Shown here in pieces: positions 41,198 to 47,894 of a stretch of DNA of 47,894 nucleotides. A program made the position numbers and the translations under genes. Source of the stretch: a virus. Each line of letters begins with the position of its first letter. Position 1 is the stretch's first letter. Below the pieces are notes generated by a model. It had not been told where the DNA came from. It did not search any database and saw only the letters and a list, made by a program, of their open reading frames with translations. Location: IMG/VR virus record IMGVR_UViG_3300031234_000013, one strand, 5' to 3'.

Positions 41198-41493
41198 TGA
41201 CTTTGACAATTAGAAATTTAAAGAATCAACGTAAAAGAGTTAAAGGAATGCCAAAGTATTTCCAAAATGAAAGAGTTAAGTACTTAAAAAGTATTACATT
41301 GACTATACGAATACTTCAGAATGATAGGTTAGTTAAAATGATAAAGGAAGGACTGGCTAGAACAGTTACTAAACAGGTTAATAATGTTAAGCCTAAATCA
41401 TTCTATAAAACTGGGGTGTTTAAAGTTAAATTGGCACATCAATATGTTAAGCATAGACCTGTTATGAGATTAAGTACTAGGACTGGCGGATAA
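41197..41493 (+). CDS. Basic 98-aa protein with an internal repeat (TLTIRNLKNQR / TLTIRILQNDR)
   Basis: ORF track entry, overlap-coupled between the helicase and polymerase genes. Confidence 0.55.
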   Translation: MTLTIRNLKNQRKRVKGMPKYFQNERVKYLKSITLTIRILQNDRLVKMIKEGLARTVTKQVNNVKPKSFYKTGVFKVKLAHQYVKHRPVMRLSTRTGG

Positions 41494-43421
41494 TGAAGCA
41501 GTACATTGTAGATTTAGAAACTAATGGATTGTTACAAGAAGTTACTAAAATACACTGTATATCTGTAGTGGATTTAAACTCGTCTTGGTCTAAACTATAC
41601 TTAGAAAAAGATGCACAAGAGTTCATTAAACTAATTGATAGTCCTGATGTAGAGTTAATTGGCCACAACATATTTAATTATGATTTAAAGGTAATAGAAA
41701 AGTTATGTAATTGGAAGCCACATAAAGGACAGAAAATACATGACACTTTTATATTGGCTCAACTTTTGTTCTCAGATTTAAAGAATGAAGATCCTAAATC
41801 GGCACATTCATGGACTGGTAAAATATTTAGTAAAAGAGATACAGGATCACATAGTTTAAGAGCGTGGGGTCAAAGAATCTGCCAGTATAAGGGAGATTAT
41901 GACGGAGGCTGGGAAACTTATAATGATGATATGGGATCTTATTGTATTAAGGACACGTATACTACAAAAGGACTATTTCAGTTTCTAATGTCACAAATTA
42001 CCAATAAATTACTAACTACTGAAGCAATTGAATTAGAATACTCAATATCTCCAATTTTAGCACGTCAACAAGCATATGGGGTACTATTTGATGTGGAAAA
42101 AGGACACAAGCTTCTTGATAAACTTACGTCTTCACTAGTTGACAGTCGTTGGAAGCTTCAAGAGATATTCAAACCCAGGTTCATTAGTAAAGGTGAATTT
42201 ACTCCAAAACGTGACGACAGAAAGCGTGGATATAGGGCTGGTTCAAAGATCACAAAAATAGCATTAGAAGAATTTAATCCTGGCAGCCGTGTTCAGATAG
42301 TTTCTAGATTAAAGCAGCAGTTTAACTGGAATCCTGAGGAGTTCACGGAAGCTGGTAACGTTAAAATGAATGAGGATATTATAGATGCTCTTCCATTTAA
42401 GGAATTATTGCCGTTAAAAGAGTATCTAACCATAACCAAGCGGATATCTCAGTTAGAGACAGGTAAACAGGCGTGGCTGAATAAGATTGGCAAGGATGGA
42501 CGTATTAGGGGTGGTATTATGCAGAATGGTACTACTACAGGACGTATGAGTCACTTTAGCCCCAACTTAGCACAGGTTCCTAGCAGTGAAAGCTTATACG
42601 GTGCTGAATGTAGAGAACTGTTCACTGTTCCCGAACACAGAACAATGATTGGTGTCGACGCAGATGCATTAGAGATGAGATGCTTGGCAGGGTACCTTAC
42701 ACAACTGGATGGTGGCAGGTTCTTAACTTCTCTTTTACAAGGAACTAAAGAAACTAAAACGGATCCTCACAGTATTAACGCAGAAGCTATGGGTATTGAA
42801 CGAGAAGCAGCCAAAACAGTGTTCTATGCTTGGCTATATGGAGCTAAAAATGCTAAGGTTGGTAAAATATTGCTAGAAAATGGTGTGAATTTTGAAGATT
42901 ATGTGGTAGACTTTAGAAAGAATGCGGCTGGAATGGCTCAGTGGGCTAAAGAGCAAGGATCAGATAAATCTAGTGCTTACTGGGAATGCTGGGTAGCAGG
43001 TAAGGAATGTTTAAAGAGGTTCGGTGATAGAATTCCAGAATTAACACAACTAAAGAATGAAATACATAAAAGAGTACAAGAAGTAGGATTCATTAAAGGA
43101 TTGGACGGTCGTAAATTGTTTATGAGATCGGAACACGCAGAGCTTAATACAGTATTGCAGAGTGCAGGAGCGCTTTTAATGAAAAAAGCTCTATATATTG
43201 CAGATACTGAGCTACAAAAACAGTTTTTACCAGGTAAAGATTACGAATTTGTATTAAATGTTCATGATGAGTGGCAATTAGAGGTTGACAAATCAATTAA
43301 CTGTGCTATAGTTAAAGATATATTAGAAAATAGTATTAAGCAGGCTGGGGAGTATTTTAAGTTCCCAGCGCCAATGAAGGGAAACAGTCAAGAAGGCAGT
43401 AACTGGGCACAGACTCACTAG
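41493..43421 (+). CDS. Family A DNA polymerase with a 3'-5' exonuclease domain (T7 gp5-like)
   Basis: VDLETNGL, HNIFNYDL, YCIKDT, DADALEMR (motif A), AKTVFYAWLYGA (motif B), NVHDEW (motif C). Confidence 0.92.
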   Translation: MKQYIVDLETNGLLQEVTKIHCISVVDLNSSWSKLYLEKDAQEFIKLIDSPDVELIGHNIFNYDLKVIEKLCNWKPHKGQKIHDTFILAQLLFSDLKNEDPKSAHSWTGKIFSKRDTGSHSLRAWGQRICQYKGDYDGGWETYNDDMGSYCIKDTYTTKGLFQFLMSQITNKLLTTEAIELEYSISPILARQQAYGVLFDVEKGHKLLDKLTSSLVDSRWKLQEIFKPRFISKGEFTPKRDDRKRGYRAGSKITKIALEEFNPGSRVQIVSRLKQQFNWNPEEFTEAGNVKMNEDIIDALPFKELLPLKEYLTITKRISQLETGKQAWLNKIGKDGRIRGGIMQNGTTTGRMSHFSPNLAQVPSSESLYGAECRELFTVPEHRTMIGVDADALEMRCLAGYLTQLDGGRFLTSLLQGTKETKTDPHSINAEAMGIEREAAKTVFYAWLYGAKNAKVGKILLENGVNFEDYVVDFRKNAAGMAQWAKEQGSDKSSAYWECWVAGKECLKRFGDRIPELTQLKNEIHKRVQEVGFIKGLDGRKLFMRSEHAELNTVLQSAGALLMKKALYIADTELQKQFLPGKDYEFVLNVHDEWQLEVDKSINCAIVKDILENSIKQAGEYFKFPAPMKGNSQEGSNWAQTH

Positions 43422-43430
43422 AGGTATTGT

Positions 43431-43667
43431 ATGAAAGTTTTTATAGTATTAGAATATGAAGGAGATGTGTCTAGAATATTAGATGTGTATGCGGATTTAA
43501 ACTCAGCACAGGTTAGGGTTAATAGGCTTGAACACGACCATGAAGTTCCTGGTCGAACTTTTCACCTATTAACCAAGTCAGTTAAAGAGCTTCACGGTCT
43601 AAAGTTCAATGTAGATGGTAAGTTTAGAACACTAATTCCATATGGTAAATTAAGAGGATCAAAATAA
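43431..43667 (+). CDS. Hypothetical protein (78 aa)
   Basis: ORF track entry. Confidence 0.55.
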   Translation: MKVFIVLEYEGDVSRILDVYADLNSAQVRVNRLEHDHEVPGRTFHLLTKSVKELHGLKFNVDGKFRTLIPYGKLRGSK

Positions 43668-44230
43668 TGGCTATTGCAAAGAAGATTAAGCAGGAGGAAG
43701 GTATATCTCTACCTTTAGGTAATCATATAGCCTTACTATCAGGCGTAATACATCTAGGAGTACAACGTAATACCTATAATAATGAAGAGTCGTTAAAAGA
43801 TCAAATACTTTTACAGTTTGAATTACAGGACGAGCTATTACCAAATGGAGCACCCCTTACTGTAAGTAAGACTATAAATAATTCAGCTTCCGGCCCTAAA
43901 TCTGGACTTGTGTTAGTAGGAAAAGCGTTTGGTGTGGATATGCAGAATGATGGTTTAGACTTCGAAGCTCAATTAGGCAAGCCGGTATTATTAGAAATTA
44001 AGCCTCAAGAAAAGGATAAAAGCAAACAATCTGTAGGAGCTGTATCCCCACTACCTAAGGTTCTTAAAGGTTCAGTTAAGCCCTTGGTAACCAGTCCTAA
44101 GATTTATTTTGATGTAGAGGAAATTACGCCTACGCAACTGGAAGAATTGCCACCATGGATTGTAAATATAATTGCTAAGCGTATTTCCGAGCCAAAAGAA
44201 AATAAGCCATCAAGCCACGATATGTTGTAA
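43667..44230 (+). CDS. Conserved-looking replication-module protein (possible ssDNA-binding role)
   Basis: 187 aa next to the polymerase. GVIHLGVQ..ILLQFEL pattern. The function is inferred only from context. Confidence 0.4.
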   Translation: MAIAKKIKQEEGISLPLGNHIALLSGVIHLGVQRNTYNNEESLKDQILLQFELQDELLPNGAPLTVSKTINNSASGPKSGLVLVGKAFGVDMQNDGLDFEAQLGKPVLLEIKPQEKDKSKQSVGAVSPLPKVLKGSVKPLVTSPKIYFDVEEITPTQLEELPPWIVNIIAKRISEPKENKPSSHDML

Positions 44231-44243
44231 TTGGAGCTACTAA

Positions 44244-46223
44244 ATGAGTATATTAGCTAAAGCAGGTAAGCGTCTTACATCTACAATTGAGAATGAGATG
44301 TCATTACAAGAGTATTTAGATCTGTGTAAGACTGATAAACTTGCATTTGCTACACCAGCAGAACGTTTGTTGGCAGCTATTGGACAAGTTGAGATGTTGG
44401 ATACAAGAAAGGATGACAGATTAAGCCGTATATTCAGTAACGAAACAGTTCCAACTTATCCTAGTTTCAATAAGATATTTGGATTAGAACATACAATTAA
44501 GGATATTGCAGGATTTGTAAGACACGCCGCTCAAGGCCTTGAAGAGCGTAAGCAGATTCTATATCTTTTAGGGCCTGTTGGTAGTAGTAAATCATCAATT
44601 GTGTCTATTATTAAGAGGCTAATGGAGTCAGTGCCTTTCTACGCCCTTAAATTCCATAAAGAAGCTGTATATGGTAAAGATAAGGACGGTAAAACTATAC
44701 TATTAGAGGATGAAGTTAATCAAATAAGCCCTATTAATGATAACCCATTATCCTTATTCACTAAGGAAGATGCAGAAGAACTAGGTATTCCAGAACGTTA
44801 TTTCGGAGTTATACCTAGCCCATGGTTGACTAAGCGTATTACTGAAGTTGCTGGGGATTTAACTAAATTCACAGTTGTTAAAGTATACCCTAGTGAGGCT
44901 CACCAGTTAGCTATTAGTCATATTGAACCTGGCGATGAAAATAATCAAGATATTTCATCATTAGTTGGTAAACTTAACATTAGAGAGATAGAGAGCTATG
45001 CACAAAACGACCCTGACGCCTATAGCTTCTCTGGAGGATTGTGTCTCGGCAATAGAGGTATTACAGAATTTGCGGAAATGTTCAAATCACCAATTAAATC
45101 ACTTAATCCGCTCCTCGAAGCAACTCAGTCAGGATTTTATAAAGGAACTGAGTCAATTTCCGCCATACCGTTTGAAGGTATTATTATCGCCCATAGTAAT
45201 GAGAGCGAATGGCAGAAGTTCCGTAATGACAAACGGAATGAGGCACTCATTGATAGAATATTTATCGTTAGAGTTCCTTACTGCCTTAGATACTCAGAGG
45301 AAACTAAAATCTACGAAAAAATGCTCAAAGAAAGTAGCTTAGGAACAGCTCCAGTAGCTCCTAAGACGCTAGAAACAATGGCACAGTTCTCAGTTATGAG
45401 TCGATTGTTTAAGTCTAAACATAGCCAGCCTACTGTTAAGATGAAGATTTATAATGGAGAGAATTTAAAACATACTAATCCAGATGCTAAAAATGTACCT
45501 GAATACCATGTTGAAGCTCACGAGGCTAATGCAGATGAAGGATTTAGTGGTATCAGTACACGATTCGCATTTAAGATATTAGCTCAGACATTTAATTATA
45601 GTCAGGACGAAGTAAGTGCTAACCCTCTACACTTGCTTATGATATTATCAAAGCGTATTAAGGAAGAACATTTAGCTAAGGAAGACGAATTACTGTACTT
45701 AGAATTAATTGATGTACTTTATAAGGAGTTTCACAAGACATTTGATAAGGATGTTAAGAAGAGCTACATAGAGTCATATCAAGACTATGGTCAGAACATA
45801 TTTGATAAGTACATAATATACGCTGATCACGTGTTAAATGAGAATGATTATAGGGATGAGATGACAGGTTTGTCTATGACTCCTCAGGACTTAGAGAAGT
45901 ACCTGGAAGAGATAGAAACACCAGCTAATGTAACTAATAAAAAGGATTTTAGACATGAAGTTGTAAGATACTGCTTGAAATATCAAGTATCTAATAAAGG
46001 AAAGAATCCACCATGGGGTAGTTACAATAAAATAAGGGAAGTTATTGAGAAGAAGATATTCGCTAACATGGACGACATGTTACCAATTATCAGTAATACA
46101 GAGAAAGCTAACGCTAGTGACAAGAGAGCACACCAGGAGTTTGTTACTAGAATGCAGACTCTAGGGTATACTCCTAAGATGATTCAAATTCTTATTGACT
46201 GGTATATTAGATCTCCGAGGTAG
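44244..46223 (+). CDS. prkA: PrkA/YeaG family AAA+ serine protein kinase
   Basis: SLQEYLDLCK, AERLL, RLSRIFSN, HAAQGLEERKQILYLLGPVGSSKSS (Walker A), GGLCLGNRGITEFAEMFK. Collinear with E. coli YeaG over ~650 aa. Confidence 0.92.
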   Translation: MSILAKAGKRLTSTIENEMSLQEYLDLCKTDKLAFATPAERLLAAIGQVEMLDTRKDDRLSRIFSNETVPTYPSFNKIFGLEHTIKDIAGFVRHAAQGLEERKQILYLLGPVGSSKSSIVSIIKRLMESVPFYALKFHKEAVYGKDKDGKTILLEDEVNQISPINDNPLSLFTKEDAEELGIPERYFGVIPSPWLTKRITEVAGDLTKFTVVKVYPSEAHQLAISHIEPGDENNQDISSLVGKLNIREIESYAQNDPDAYSFSGGLCLGNRGITEFAEMFKSPIKSLNPLLEATQSGFYKGTESISAIPFEGIIIAHSNESEWQKFRNDKRNEALIDRIFIVRVPYCLRYSEETKIYEKMLKESSLGTAPVAPKTLETMAQFSVMSRLFKSKHSQPTVKMKIYNGENLKHTNPDAKNVPEYHVEAHEANADEGFSGISTRFAFKILAQTFNYSQDEVSANPLHLLMILSKRIKEEHLAKEDELLYLELIDVLYKEFHKTFDKDVKKSYIESYQDYGQNIFDKYIIYADHVLNENDYRDEMTGLSMTPQDLEKYLEEIETPANVTNKKDFRHEVVRYCLKYQVSNKGKNPPWGSYNKIREVIEKKIFANMDDMLPIISNTEKANASDKRAHQEFVTRMQTLGYTPKMIQILIDWYIRSPR

Positions 46224-46225
46224 TT

Positions 46226-46420
46226 ATGGCTAAGTTTAAAGTCTCATTAAAAGAGCTAGTTAGATTAGTTAGACAGTCTTCACAGGACATTGTATTAGCT
46301 GCGCAGGCTTTGGAGTCAGGGTTAGAGGGATCTTTTCCTGACAGCTTGTTACAAGACCTTAAAGATGATATATTTAGATATGAACAACTAGTTAAAGAAC
46401 GTCAAAAAAGGAACGTATAA
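46226..46420 (+). CDS. 64-aa protein inserted between prkA and the DUF444 gene
   Basis: ORF track entry. TAATG overlap with the next gene. Confidence 0.55.
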   Translation: MAKFKVSLKELVRLVRQSSQDIVLAAQALESGLEGSFPDSLLQDLKDDIFRYEQLVKERQKRNV

Positions 46421-47652
46421 TGCCTCTTATTATTGACAAGAGATTTCTACCTAAAGGAGCTACAATAGGATCTCGTCAAAAATTCATTGATAGGTATAAA
46501 GACTCTATTAAAAAGAAAATAAGGGAAATGATAGATAAGAACTCTATTAAGGATTTTAATAACGGCTCTAAGAAGATTAAGATTAATATAGATGACTTAG
46601 ACAGTCCTAATTTTGAATTAGACTCTACTACTGGTAACAAAGATCACGTACTTATAGGTAATAAGACTTTTAAGAAAGGAGACACTATACCAAGACCTTC
46701 AAGAGGAAGTGGTAAATCTGGAAAGTCTGGAGGTAATTCTGGAGACTCAAACGATGGTTTCGAGTTCACACTTACTGAGGAAGAATTCGCTAACCTATTT
46801 TTCGAGGATTTAGAGCTTCCAGATCTTATTAAAAGACAGTTTAGTGTTGACACTTTTGAAATACAGCCTGCTGGGTATAGCAAGAGTGGAGGGCCTAGCA
46901 GTTTAAACGTAAAAAGGACTATTCTAAATAGCTTAGGACGTAGATTTATACAGAGAAAAAAGGATCAATTAATATTAGAACTAAATGATATGGAAACTGC
47001 AACGGATTCTGACACTAGTGAGGAATTTGTATTAGTACCTAAAAAGAAAGTTCAATTCATTGAAGAAATGGATTTAAGGTACAATTTTAGAGATAAGGTA
47101 GAGCAGCCCACAACTAAGGCAGTAATGTTCTGCATGTTGGACGTAAGTGGAAGTATGGGAGAGTATGAGAAGGATATAGCTAAACGATTCTTCATTCTTC
47201 TTAATCTGTTCCTTAAACGAAATTACGAACAAGTAGATGTTGTGTTCATAAGGCACTCAGATACAGCAGAAGAAGTAGACGAGAAGAAGTTTTTCTATGA
47301 TACATGGTCTGGTGGTACAGTAATAAGCTCTGGATATGAAAAAATAAAGGATATTATAAACACTAGATACAATCCTGAAATGTGGAATGTATACATAGCT
47401 CAGGCTAGTGATGGTGAGAATTTCGAATATGACAATGATTTAATGACTGATTTATTAGTTAATAGAATATTACCAAGTGTTCAGTATATGGCCTATATAA
47501 ATATAGGATCTAGGAATTCAAGTAATAATGATTTTCTTAAAATACTTGACAATGTATCTGATAGTAATGTAAACTTTAAGAGTAAAGTAGTTATTAATAG
47601 TAAGGATATTTTCGAAGTATTCAGAAGCCTATTTAAGAAGGGGAAGGTATGA
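46420..47652 (+). CDS. yeaH: YeaH/YhbH family protein (DUF444, vWA-like C-terminus)
   Basis: IDKRF..RQKFIDRYK, Gly/Ser-rich linker, FEFTLTEEEFANLFFEDLELPDL, MLDVSGSMGE. Confidence 0.9.
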   Translation: MPLIIDKRFLPKGATIGSRQKFIDRYKDSIKKKIREMIDKNSIKDFNNGSKKIKINIDDLDSPNFELDSTTGNKDHVLIGNKTFKKGDTIPRPSRGSGKSGKSGGNSGDSNDGFEFTLTEEEFANLFFEDLELPDLIKRQFSVDTFEIQPAGYSKSGGPSSLNVKRTILNSLGRRFIQRKKDQLILELNDMETATDSDTSEEFVLVPKKKVQFIEEMDLRYNFRDKVEQPTTKAVMFCMLDVSGSMGEYEKDIAKRFFILLNLFLKRNYEQVDVVFIRHSDTAEEVDEKKFFYDTWSGGTVISSGYEKIKDIINTRYNPEMWNVYIAQASDGENFEYDNDLMTDLLVNRILPSVQYMAYINIGSRNSSNNDFLKILDNVSDSNVNFKSKVVINSKDIFEVFRSLFKKGKV

Positions 47653-47894
47653 AAAAAGTTAAAAATAGCCCTTTCCTACTAGATGATTGGACTGGGCAAT
47701 CATTAGAAGATGGTTGGAACATAATAGCTAAGCTGGCTAAGGAAAAGTACAATTTAGACTGGTATAATCCTAACTTTGAAGTAGTTAACTTCGAAGATAT
47801 GTTACATATTTACACAGGATCATTACCTGTAATGTACAGCCACTGGAGTTTTGGAAGACAGTACATAGAGCTTCATAAGCAATATTTAGCTGAT
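47649..47894 (+). CDS. spoVR: SpoVR/YcgB family protein, 5' part (runs off the window end and continues at 2..1372)
   Basis: ATGA overlap with the DUF444 stop. The last 127 nt duplicate the window start in the same frame. Confidence 0.9.
   Translation, partial: MKKVKNSPFLLDDWTGQSLEDGWNIIAKLAKEKYNLDWYNPNFEVVNFEDMLHIYTGSLPVMYSHWSFGRQYIELHKQYLAD
47768..47894. repeat. Terminal overlap copy B (identical to 1-127)
   Basis: Direct comparison. Confidence 0.95.

Overview
The window is a complete, circularly closed genome of an AT-rich tailed phage. Bases 1-127 are identical to 47768-47894, so the unique length is 47,767 bp. That overlap cuts one gene (SpoVR-like) across the window ends.

Architecture: two convergent transcription arms meet at a bidirectional terminator near 8153-8191.
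- Rightward arm (+, from ~34110 through the window end to 8140). It starts with many tiny early genes behind sigma70-like promoters. A T7-type replication module follows: gp4-like primase-helicase, family A DNA polymerase, FEN-type 5'-3' exonuclease and a DEDD exonuclease. The arm also carries a PrkA(YeaG)-YeaH(DUF444)-SpoVR(YcgB) trio and nucleotide-metabolism or accessory enzymes.
- Leftward arm (-, 31457 down to 8208). It encodes a holin-like protein, small and large terminase, portal, a GroES-like co-chaperonin, scaffold, major capsid protein, tail and fibre proteins, low-complexity internal virion proteins, a virion-associated M15-type peptidase and an endolysin.
- No single-subunit RNA polymerase, integrase, reverse transcriptase, tRNA or CRISPR array is visible.

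The most unusual part is the ~3 kb control region at 31490-34540. It contains:
- a late promoter followed after ~65 nt by an intrinsic terminator (lambda PR'-tR'-like layout);
- a GC-rich structured non-coding island around a small FmdB-type zinc-ribbon gene;
- a four-gene leftward operon that includes a Fis/NtrC-type HTH protein;
- two paralogous modules, each a strong promoter, a conserved leader and an AT-rich tandem repeat array. One array holds six copies of the palindromic octamer ACTATAGT;
- oppositely oriented clusters of GTCACTGT/ACAGTGAC motifs around the main early promoter.

The best candidates for an undescribed system are the phage-borne PrkA-YeaH-SpoVR module, with its adjacent exported ClpP-like paralog, and the promoter-driven repeat arrays. 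All protein calls rest on motifs read by eye. No database search was possible.
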